A DNA stretch of 35,695 nt from Octopus bimaculoides (lineage: Eukaryota). The notes under the pieces are model-generated. The model was not told the origin of the DNA. It ran no database searches and worked only from the letters and a program-made list of their open reading frames with translations. This document shows, piece by piece, positions 1-9,840 of this stretch. The DNA lies in NCBI RefSeq assembly GCF_001194135.2, contig NC_068987.1, forward strand, positions 36,697,678 through 36,733,372, written 5' to 3'. Made by a program: the position numbers and the translations under genes. Numbering within the stretch: the first letter of the stretch is position 1; each line of letters begins with the position of its first letter.

Positions 1-142
1 ACATATGCTAGGACACAACAACCTCCTAAGCAGACCGGGTGCAGATATGAATAGCATATGGGAACCGGTATTAAGAAAGGATAGGAAAATATTAGATTTA
101 TAAGCCCTAAAATTCACTCCATAATTCGATTCCAGGCAGTGA

Positions 143-181
<39 letters not shown>

Positions 182-324
182 CAACAATATCGAAAAATAC
201 CTTAAGAACCCTGGAGGGTATATCAGCCGAAACGTGTTAACAATAAACAAGTTGAGGACAAATATCTGTCAGATGTAAATAATGTAAATAATGTACATAA
301 TTCCTCATCTCTTAAATATAGAAC
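1..324 (+). mobile_element. 3' end of a Penelope-like retroelement (endonuclease C-terminus plus pLTR-like tail)
   Basis: 5-103 reads MLGHNNLLSRPGADMNSIWEPVLRKDRKILDL*, resembling the PLE GIY-YIG C-terminal NR..G...IW.P.L motif. It is followed by (TAA)n and the half-hammerhead ...cagccGAAACGT at 224-235. Confidence 0.55.
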
Positions 325-329
325 TATAG

Positions 330-593
330 AAAGAGTGCTAAAACGTATTTGAAACAATGGAAAACAATCGAAATAACATAATGCAAAGGTAAACAAACAT
401 CCTTAAAGTGAAACAATGGCTGGTAAACAAAGGTATTAAATAGAAGAGAGGAAAGGGAACATATCCTTACAAGTAACTCAGAATAGGCAAAGATAAGCTT
501 GCCAAAGTTTAATGCAGCTTTAATGAGATTGAGATTGTTTGGTATTGGATATTCATCGCATACAGTGTTCCTAGTCAATTTAATCACAGTCAC
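330..593 (-). mobile_element. Possible decayed Ty3/gypsy reverse-transcriptase N-terminal fragment
   Basis: The ORF contains KLTRNTVCDEYPIPN..L...AALNFGKL.FAY, similar to the gypsy RT segment KLN..T..D.YPIP.I..L....F.K.DL..AY. No YxDD motif is present. Confidence 0.4.
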
Positions 594-939
594 AGGGAGA
601 CAGTCCTTTCACATTTATAATATTCTCTATTATAGAGGGGGACATGTCTGTAATATGTAAATAATGTAAATATTGTCTTTCTAAAGAATCAACCTTTAAA
701 TAAAAGTTTTGATTCTACTAGCGAAAGCTATACGTATCTTTCAGAAAGCTCCATATCAATTTAACCTTATGCAGTATTCGATGTTACTTTATGCGGAAGC
801 TATGTGGGAAGACAGAATAAAGGGGCTTTTGTTAGCTTATAATAGAATCGATAATCACTTGGTACACTAAAACCCATTTTCCTTTTCCAAGGCAGCAGTG
901 CTGACAGGCTAAAGAAACTGAGGACCAAAGGTACTGTGG

Positions 940-2030
940 ACTGTTGAAAAATGTTGCCGCAGCTAAAACTGCAACTACTCCAGAGCAGCGTGAAACGAAT
1001 CGAGTGCGTGCCGCTGGCGCAAGAGCCACAGAAACCCCACAAAAGAGTGCTGTCCGTCGGGCACACAGTACGGCATCCACTTCTGCCATGAGGACTGAAG
1101 AAGCCCTAAAACAGAGTGCTTTCCGTCGAGCACGCAACGCCGCATCCATTTCTGCCGCGAGGTTGGCAGATGACGATAACCATCGGATGATGAGACTTCA
1201 GTCTAATGTTCACCGGAAGGCTCTTGCTCATGGCTATTGGAAGCCATTGAGTAGTCGATGGGCATCAGCGATGCCCAACTATCATCCTGCCGGGGATTAC
1301 GCCACTCCTCGAGGAGGATATGTCTGTAATATGTCCATTTTGCAAGACCCTCAAGTAGGTTGGAGAATCCAGTGGCCTACAAGCCATCTCAAACAGAAAT
1401 GTTCCCTTGCCTGACCTGCAAAACTATCTTCAGCCTTCTTTGCTCCTAGATCAACACCCTGATTCGCAGCAATTTACACAAAAAATTCGCGCTTAAAAGC
1501 CTGCTTTTTAGATGACAAATTTCGGTCACAAACCCATTCAAGAAGACTCCTATATGCCAACGTTCAAAATTCAGGGCTAAACCTATCATCGGATAGGTTA
1601 TTTCTTTCCTGTCAACAACGCTAAACACCGAGTCCTTCAAATTTGCTTCATGGGAGATACTACTGAGAAAACGGCTCACCGAGATCAGGTGGCACCTGGA
1701 GCAAAAATTCCTCTTTTGAATGAACTTCAGGAAATGCTCCACACCACCAATCAATACGTGAGGGACTTCAAAATTGCTATACAACACTGACATACAGACG
1801 AGCCCAACTTCAAAGTTATCATAGGGAATGAGCGAACCCCTATCGGAGAGCACCAAAGATGCTTTAACCAGTCCCAAAATGACGAAAATGCAGTTCTGCT
1901 ACCCACTTCACCAATACATCAACATGTTTTTTCATGTCAACTCTTTAGAAGCTCTTTCGACACACCGACGTGGTACAGCGCGGATTGTCGTGGGAATTTT
2001 CATCCTCGCGGTGTGGACTGGCCAACATTC
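940..2030 (+). mobile_element. Helitron Rep/helicase N-terminal relic (pseudogenised)
   Basis: Helitron-type E/R/A-rich repeats (TPEQRETNRVRAAGARATETPQ), a Cys motif MSVICPFCKTLK, then YMPTFKIQG*TYHRIG, LQICFMGD, YVRDFKIAI, NFKVIIGNERTPIGEHQRCFNQSQNDENAVLL and HPRGVDW. Several stops and frameshifts. Confidence 0.85.
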
Positions 2031-2877
2031 TGACTTTGATCTAAATGGCTAAAAACTCGAATGCAATGAAATCAATTCTCCAGTTTTCATCATGCGTCAC
2101 CGGCGGACATGATCTTTTTCAATCCTTCATGATAGCTCATTAATGACTGTTGTCATATGTAAGAGGACAACTCTAAGTAAGCTTTCTGCTCACAATAAGA
2201 CTCATGCTGGTTATTTTGAATAAGTACATACGTGTATCCTGTTCACTTTTACCGTCATTGCAACTACACAATTATCTGTCTGCCTTTCAACTCGACATCT
2301 TTTCACTGCAAACTGCTAAAGATTCAAAGTAGTATTCGTGAACTGAAGCCAAACTCTTTATGTCTTCATTTTTCGTTACCTGAAGTCAATTTCAGAATGG
2401 TCGTACACTGTAAGCACACAACAAATACATTCCTTTAACTTTACTTTTTCAAGTAGGTATTATATTATCATTTTTGAACGTAGCAGCCATATCTCTCACC
2501 GAAAAAATAGCTCCGTTTGCTGTTAAATAAAATAAACTCGCAGAGGGGAAGTTTCAATGTCCTCCTTCAATTTCCTTACACCATTTACGTGGCTGAATTT
2601 GACAAAAGTTTCGCTTTAAAGTAAAACAACTATATTTTGTAGTCATTATTCGTAATCTACTCCCAAAACACTTCAGTAGCTCTACTTTGCATCACTTGCA
2701 AACTTATATGTTCTATGATCATTAAAGTGCAATGACCTCCACAATAATCAGCCTTTAGTTTGGTCTTCTGTTCCTAGATTAGTCGGAAACATTGATAAAC
2801 CTTCTCGGTAGTTCAATTATTTGGTGAAAAAAATACCGCCAAAGCAACTTAAACCGTCCAAAGAAAGGGTGCATTCA

Positions 2878-2898
2878 TACATACATACATACATACAT

Positions 2899-2940
<42 letters not shown>

Positions 2941-2967
2941 GCACACACACACACACATATATGTATA
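2878..2967. repeat. (CATA)n/(CA)n microsatellite running into an assembly gap
   Basis: Directly visible; N-run 2968-3209. Confidence 0.95.
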
Positions 2968-3209
2968 NNNNNNNNNNNNNNNNNNNNNNNNNNNNNNNNN
3001 NNNNNNNNNNNNNNNNNNNNNNNNNNNNNNNNNNNNNNNNNNNNNNNNNNNNNNNNNNNNNNNNNNNNNNNNNNNNNNNNNNNNNNNNNNNNNNNNNNNN
3101 NNNNNNNNNNNNNNNNNNNNNNNNNNNNNNNNNNNNNNNNNNNNNNNNNNNNNNNNNNNNNNNNNNNNNNNNNNNNNNNNNNNNNNNNNNNNNNNNNNNN
3201 NNNNNNNNN

Positions 3210-3316
3210 CGAGCCCGAAAGGGTGAAAGGCAAAGTTTACTCCGGCACCATTTGAACCCAAAACGTGAAGACGGAAGAAATACCCGGCCTGCTAAAGAAT
3301 CAACCAGCTCGCCGCC
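3210..3316 (-). mobile_element. tRNA-derived SINE fragment (same family as 13481-13700)
   Basis: ccgaaagggtgaaaggcaaagtttactccggcaccatttgaac...ccagctcgccgcc matches the 13481-13700 copy. Confidence 0.75.
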
Positions 3317-3342
3317 TTTATGTGTATATATATATGTATGTC

Positions 3343-3382
<40 letters not shown>

Positions 3383-5346
3383 GTGCACACATAAATGTGT
3401 ATCCTTATATCTGTACTCACAATTATATTAAATCGCAAGCCAGAAGTATTATAACGTTTGACACACGATGCAAATTTTGATCCAAGATGTAACAGTTCAT
3501 AGCATCAAACAAGTGAACTATAAAAACCTGTGAATAATTAAATCAAGTCTACTCTTTTCCAGCGTAGCATAAGAGCTTGTCACTTCACTCTTTTCTCAAG
3601 TCATTGAACAACCCTGATACACACACACACACACACATGTATGTGTATATTTGTATGTATGTATAGGAGTGTATGTTGTTGTAGTACGTTGAATGTGTAT
3701 AAGTTGGTGTATACGTGTGTCTTTGTGTTCCGATATTCATTTAAATTCATAGATATTTTTTCTATCTCTTATCTACTTTGACAAGATTTAATTTATCATA
3801 CTTAACACTGGAATATTCATAAATTTTATACATTTACATACTCACAAAGAGCACACATGCAAGAACACAGGCAAACACGAACATAGCAACGCGCGCGCAC
3901 ACACACATCCATTTACAAACACACACACGAGCGCAATTTTATATATATACTTTCTCGTACAATGCCTGAATATAGGTATGCTTATGTGCGTATATAAATG
4001 CATGAATATTCTCAACGCCTGATTCCCCTTTTTACATTTCTCAATTTCCTTTACATGTTTCTATCCATTCACATTTATACCAATCGCAAAATATATCTAC
4101 TTCTATCGAACTTAAAGTACATATATGTATAATATATATATTTAGATATATGAGTGTGGTGTATGCGCTAGTGTGTGTGTGTTTGTGTGTACTTGTGGGA
4201 GATAACGGATGTGCGTGGAATCAAACATATATACATATACACGCAAACACACACACATACACGCATAGTATACATTTATATATATATATATNNNNNNNNN
4301 NNNNNNNNNNNNNNNNNNNNNNNNNNNNNNNNNNNNNNNNNNNNNNNNNNNNNNNNNNNNNNNNNNNNNNNNNNNNNNNNNNNNNNNNNNNNNNNNNNNN
4401 NNNNNNNNNNNNNNNNNNNNNNNNNNNNNNNNNNNNNNNNNNNNNNNNNNNNNNNNNNNNNNNNNNNNNNNNNNNNNNNNNNNNNNNNNNNNNNNNNNNN
4501 NNNNNNNNNNNNNNNNNNNNNNNNNNNNNNNNNNNNNNNNNNNNNNNNNNNNNNNNNNNNNNNNNNNNNNNNNNNNNNNNNNNNNNNNNNNNNNNNNNNN
4601 NNNNNNNNNNNNNNNNNNNNNNNNNNNNNNNNNNNNNNNNNNNNNNNNNNNNNNNNNNNNNNNNNNNNNNNNNNNNNNNNNNNNNNNNNNNNNNNNNNNN
4701 NNNNNNNNNNNNNNNNNNNNNNNNNNNNNNNNNNNNNNNNNNNNNNNNNNNNNNNNNNNNNNNNNNNNNNNNNNNNNNNNNNNNNNNNNNNNNNNNNNNN
4801 NNNNNNNNNNNNNNNNNNNNNNNNNNNNNNNNNNNNNNNNNNNNNNNNNNNNNNNNNNNNNNNNNNNNNNNNNNNNNNNNNNNNNNNNNNNNNNNNNNNN
4901 NNNNNNNNNNNNNNNNNNNNNNNNNNNNNNNNNNNNNNNNNNNNNNNNNNNNNNNNNNNNNNNNNNNNNTATATATATATGTACGTGTATGTAAATATGT
5001 AAGTAGGTACGTGTGTACATATGTATAATAGAAATTTGCACTTGGCACTACTAAGTTTTAAGACAAAGAACTCGGTAAAGGAAATCATAAATAGAATATA
5101 TGTATGTGCACGTACGTGTATGTGCGTATGTATGTATGCGTGTGAACGCATTTAATCGTATGAATGCATACACGACAACGAACAGTACGAATGTGTACAA
5201 AATATGGTTTTCAGTTTTTGGCGGGGGTGGGCTATCTTTTAGGCACCGTAGGGTTTGAGGCAAAGATGTAGCGTTTCTTCAGTTCTTAACTCAGCAGTGT
5301 TGTGTATATAGTTTTTTAAAGGCGTTTCCATTCAGTCTGATGTTAC

Positions 5347-5720
5347 TGGGATTTTAGGAGTGTCTGTTGCGTGACACGAGAGAGATTCCTTTATGCATTT
5401 CCTTCTCGGGATCATGACACACTGAGAAATTGTTTTTGACAATCGAATGCTAGAAAGAACGATATAAAGCGACCTGTGGCGATTATGCGCACATATTCTA
5501 GAGATTACCATGCGACCAATTTCTGCACAGAACGGTGAACTCGCAAGTCAAGTTAGGGCATAAACTCAACGAGAGAAAAGCATTTGGGCCTACTTGAAGC
5601 GAGATAAACAGCGCTGTGGCATTCATTATTATAGAGTTAACTTGTATCTGAGTGAGTTCATGTGACACCGCAGAAACGAAAAATGTAATCTGTTCCAAAA
5701 TCCCTTTGAGTACAATAGGA
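5347..5720 (+). mobile_element. Merlin (IS1016/ISXO2-like) DDE transposase relic
   Basis: Frameshifted translation gives WDFRSVCCVTRERFLYAFPSRDHDTL, I*SDLWR, HRTVN and GA*TQREKSIWAYLKR...NLYLSEFM*HRRN. These match the Merlin motifs WVFGG..R, SD.WRAY, TVNH, GAHTQ.IES.W and YL.EFMWR. Confidence 0.8.
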
Positions 5721-5957
5721 GAATTTCATTGATGATGACTTGTTTTCGTCTGATTTAATCGAAAAGCTGCTTCAGATTGCATAATATTTTCATTACATTT
5801 CATTGAATGCTTTCATCTTCGTAATAACATTCGTTCTATTTCATTAAACTTTTTCAGATGCGCTAGGCTGAGCACCTTAGTAGGACGAAGAATTTCAGGT
5901 TACTGAAGCAGTTTTAGGCATGCTGTCAAAAGCAACTTAGTGTGGATGCTGAAGACT

Positions 5958-5992
5958 GGCAGCAGATGAGGGAAAACCGAGTGCATTCTGCC
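5958..5992 (+). ncRNA. Degenerate minimal type I hammerhead-ribozyme-like motif
   Basis: GGCAG-CAGATGA-GG(GAAAA)CC-GAG-TGCA-TT-CTGCC: perfect 5-bp stem I, core CAGAUGA (one change from CUGAUGA), 2-bp stem II and palindromic TGCA stem III. GAAA is altered to GAG. Confidence 0.4.
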
Positions 5993-6163
5993 TCTTAGAC
6001 ATAATAATAACAGAAATATAACAAATGGAATAGCGAGGGGAACTGTGGTAGGACCCGGAGTAACCATGTTAGTAATGAGCAAGTGATTTAACTTGTAATC
6101 GTTTAACTGTATCGGGGTTTTGTACTTTTGCCCTCCTGTATGTCAAAGAGGCAGAATGCACTC
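5979..6163. repeat. 25-bp inverted repeat (24/25 identical), 135-bp spacer
   Basis: gagtgcattctgcctcttagacata (5979-6003) is the reverse complement of tatgtcaaagaggcagaatgcactc (6139-6163) with one mismatch. Confidence 0.95.
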
Positions 6164-6960
6164 AGGAACGTGTAGACGTTTACTTGTTCGTCTAGTATTA
6201 CCACCACTTGGAAGTATGCTGGCTATTTAAGATATCAATTTAGCATTAGATTTCGAAGGTAATTTCCACTGTTATTCACCTCACCTGTCAGTAGTCTCCC
6301 CTTAACTATAAAAAATGTATTGCCGTATTGGTTGCTAGTATTTATCTTATTTTTATTTTTATTTTTATGTTATTTTAAGTTATGTTGAGACGGTGTAGAA
6401 GATCATAAGCGGCCTCGTGCCACTTATGGCATAGTCTTCTCCCCCATACCTTTTACTTACTGGTTTATTTTCTTCTTTATTTACATCTACCCCTGTAACG
6501 GTCTTAACTTGCCCTTAGTTTAAATATAACTGAGCAGTTGTAGAGATGGCTGGACTTAGGTTGATTCCATTATGAACAACAGGTGGTTGGTCTCTAGAAT
6601 ATTTCAGTAAGTACACCATTATATAAACTCTACGGGTTTGGTTTTGGATACATATTAATTAACTGTATTTACGAAATCATAAGTACTAATTTTTTTCTAG
6701 ACATATTGGCGATTCCTGTTTTACTTTAGCGCTAGTTTTATTCTACTACTATTCATACTCCTTGGTACCCCTTTATAAAGAGATTACCCATAAATTATTT
6801 CTCCAGTTATTTCATTTTCTAGTTCACTTTTTTGCCTATCGACTTCAAGCGTCGCACTGCAAAATCGTATGATTCTAATATATTGAGACTTCTGGCCTCA
6901 TCTCGAGGCCTTGTTTTATCCTCTTCCCTTCGTTTATTTTATTTTATGTATTTTTATTCA

Positions 6961-7075
6961 CTCTGATGAAGCTCCATGTACTAGATCGAATGTGCTATAA
7001 CGATGGCGAATATTATTTACGAAATTTTTTTTGTAAGCACCGAGGGACATTGGTAGCCGAAACGGCCGTAAGAAA
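6961..7075 (+). ncRNA. Type I hammerhead-ribozyme-like motif with extended stem II
   Basis: Intact CTGATGA (6963-6969), a stem II closed by gctccatgt/acattggtagc with bulges, GAAA (7059-7062), palindromic stem III ACGGCCGT and a GTA triplet (7068-7070). Stem I is weak (2 firm bp). Confidence 0.55.
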
Positions 7076-7313
7076 TGTTATGTAATGTTATGTTATGTTT
7101 TGTATAAAAAAATAATTAACCAATTTTGGTCAATTTGTTTGCTTGTTGATCAAAAGATTTCTCCATTTTCTGCTTATTTAAATTTGATTCCTGATAAACT
7201 TCTGTTTATTCTGTTATTACATGTACGCTATGAGTATAGTGTGCTTGCACACCTATACCCAGGGATAACAGGTGAATGATACGGGTACTACGAACGGATA
7301 TTTTATCCTTTAG

Positions 7314-7389
7314 ATGGTTATTCCAACCGCTAACTCTGCTATATATAATCACAAGGTCTTGAGTTTATTTGTCTGCGAAGAATTTCAAG
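7314..7389 (+). CDS. Candidate internal exon of an unidentified plus-strand gene
   Basis: ttttatcctttAG acceptor, AAG|GTAATG donor and only one open frame (MVIPTANSAIYNHKVLSLFVCEEFQ), ending in phase 1. No homology recognised. Confidence 0.3.
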
Positions 7390-7644
7390 GTAATGTCATT
7401 TTCTATACGTCTTGAGCCTACCCATACCTCGTGAGTAAAACTGGGTTGACGGAATTGTACAGAAGCCAGTCAAGTTTTGTATACCTGTAATTCGAAACAG
7501 CTACAGCCTTGCCGTGCACTGTGTCTCGCTGCTTCTGCTCGAGAACTATCACCACTAGACACATACACACACACATACGGACACATACACATACATACAC
7601 ACACACACGCGTGCATACGCACAGGCACCCACACATATATTCCT

Positions 7645-8042
7645 TTACATGTTTCAGTCATTTGACTGCGGCGATTCTGGAGCACTGCCTTAAAGGGTTT
7701 TAATTGAAGAAATCTTACCAGGACATATTCTTCGTAACCCTAGTACTTATTTTATCGATCTCTTTTGCCAAACCACCAAATTTCGGGGATATAAACACGC
7801 CAACATCGGTTGTCAAACGATGGTGGGGGAACAAACACATACACAAAGACAAACACACATAAATCTATATGCATATATTTTTATACGACGAGCTTCTTTC
7901 AGTTTCCGTCTACCAAATCCACTCACAAAGCTTTAATCGGTCCCGTGACTATAGTAGAAGACACTCGCCCCAGGTGTCATACAGTGGGACTGAACCCGAA
8001 ACCATGTGGTTGCAAAGCAAGCTTCTTACCACACAACCACAC
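7645..8042 (-). mobile_element. tRNA-derived SINE, near full length (family of 11488-11868)
   Basis: Reverse complement of the 11488 copy, from the head (cagtgggactgaacccgaaaccatgtgg) through tttcagtttccgtctaccaaatccactcacaaagcttt to the tail tttcagtcatttgactgcggc. Confidence 0.9.
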
Positions 8043-8307
8043 TTAATATACATACAAATGAATGTATGTATGACAGTTTCACGCGCGCGTCCTTATGTGT
8101 GTGGGAAAGTAAATATTTATATCAATGTATGTATACAGATTCACATTCTTTCCATATGTTTCAGTTACAATTTGCTGTTCAGCATTTTATTGTACTCCCT
8201 CTTTTACTGCTTCATTACACCTGTTCAGTTTTACGTTCAAATTCCACCTAGATTGATATTCTTCCAGTAAAATATTGGATTAATCCATGAATTACTTCTA
8301 CCAAAGT

Positions 8308-8688
8308 GGAGGCGCAATGGCCCAGTTGTTAGTGCAACGGACTCGCGGTCATAGGATCGCGGTTTCGATTCCCAGATCGGGCGTCGTGAGTGTTTATTGA
8401 GTGAAAACACTTAAAGCTCCACGAGGTTCCGGCAGGGGATGGTGGCGAACCCTGCTGTACTCTTTCACCACAACTTTCTCTCACTCTTACTTCCTGTTTC
8501 TGTTGTGCCTGTAATTCAAAGGGTTAGCCTTGTCATACTGTGTCACGCTGAATATCCCCGGAACTACGTTAAGGGTACACGTGTCTGTGGAGTGCTCAGC
8601 CACTTGCACGTTAATTTCACGAGAAGCCTGTTCCGTTGATCGGATCAACTGTAACCCTCGACGTCGTAAGCGACGGAGTGCCAACAAC
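8308..8688 (+). mobile_element. tRNA-derived SINE (second family), full length
   Basis: A box TGGCCCAGTTG (8318-8328), B box GGTTTCGATTCCC (8361-8373), then a ~300-bp non-tRNA body ending in ccaacaac. Confidence 0.85.
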
Positions 8689-9143
8689 TTCTACCAAACC
8701 ATCTTTTCATTTTGCTCCAGTCCTAGAAATAATAACACAACGATGTCTTATTCTTATTTAATTATTGCAAGAACATGTTAAAGTAACCAGGTTTTGTATG
8801 GGGTTTTTTTTTTACACAATACTATTCTTTTTTCTTGGGAAGGCATTCTATCTTTATTTTTTCATACAAACAAGCGTTCTGGTAAGTTTTAACTTCTGTC
8901 ACTTGGGAGATTCCCAGGCATAGCATTTTATAACTGGTATATTATTAAGCAAAAGTTGGATGAGACGTTTCACATCTCTTAATTGAAATGAAATATATTT
9001 GTAGTATGGTACTGTAGCTGGGAAAACATGCGGTTTCTTTTTCTTCTCTTAAGAGACATCTGTCTGAAGCAAAAAGGAAATATTGAAGTAGATTACCCAA
9101 TGTCATTGCAATGAACACAGCAGCAGGGGGAAGCAGCAGCAAC

Positions 9144-9190
<47 letters not shown>
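9144..9190. repeat. (AGT)n microsatellite flanked by CAG/CAA triplets
   Basis: Directly visible. Confidence 0.95.
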
Positions 9191-9191
<1 letters not shown>

Positions 9192-9388
9192 CGCTGCCGC
9201 AACAGCAGCAGTAGCATCGTGCTCGATGAAAAGGTAACACAACTTCAGTGACAAGAAAATCAGACAATTATAAAATATGTGTTACTTTCTAATGTGTCAT
9301 GTTTCAGTTTTCTAAAGTCATAAATATGTCTGGTTTTAGCAAAATGGATGGCAATTTTTAGCTGGTCAACACTAAGGCCACAAAGAAT

Positions 9389-9394
9389 TTTATT
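9389..9394 (-). terminator. Candidate polyadenylation signal (AATAAA) for the CBM14 gene
   Basis: tttatt on the + strand about 250 nt downstream of the TAA stop at 9641, followed on the minus strand by U/GU-rich sequence. Confidence 0.3.
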
Positions 9395-9640
9395 CTAGTT
9401 GCTCATTTTGCTTCCCTGTAAAAGAATATTCACTCAAGTTTTAGTACTAAAGAATATAGAAGGGACGAACGGTGCAACAAATTTTAGAATAATCTTCCCT
9501 GTAAAGTTTGTGTTGTTTATGTATAGAATCACTATCGACACACAGCAAGTAGGAGGTTTAAACGGACATAAGAGAGTTTTGTGCTTTGTGAACATGTCAT
9601 TACAACAATTACATCTATGCAATTGCAACAATGATAATAG

Positions 9641-9840
9641 TTAAGGGCTACAGTTGTCAGCTGTTCTTTCACATGGGATTGTTCCTTGTTCTGATTTGTA
9701 GTTATAGAAATATCCATTCGGACAAGCTATCACATGTTCACTTTCACCATAGCAGTATAAGTAATGAGTGCAATTTCCTCTAATAGCTGCATGATCAAAG
9801 TCTGTTCCTCCGGCAATACAAGAGCATTCGAAGAAACAAT
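9641..9840 (-). CDS. Terminal coding exon encoding a chitin-binding type-2 (peritrophin-A/CBM14) domain
   Basis: Strong acceptor ttttctgttttcttttattttcAG, phase 1. Translation (D)CFFECSCIAGGTDFDHAAIRGNCTHYLYCYGESEHVIACPNGYFYNYKSEQGTIPCERTADNCSP* shows CBM14 Cys spacing, including C..Y..C and CP.G..Y. Stop TAA at 9641-9643. Confidence 0.8.

Noticed and set aside
800-1149. Minus-strand ORFs of 88 and 105 aa
   Set aside because: Antisense shadows of the GC-rich Helitron repeat region.
2817-5151. Long ORFs spanning N-runs (also at 12113-12663, 20626-21257, 24086-24307, 26124-26393)
   Set aside because: They are open only because N codons cannot be stops. The flanks are microsatellite translations.
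5858-5898. tttttcAG...TTTCAG|GT exon-like segment whose end resembles the 7314-7389 exon end (cgaagaatttca)
   Set aside because: Weak donor (GTTACT), stops in the matching frame, and only about 12 nt of similarity.
8308-8385. tRNA-like sequences with A and B boxes (also at 11488, 12130-12200, 18755-18826)
   Set aside because: These are SINE heads continuing into repeat bodies; no complete cloverleaf is evident.
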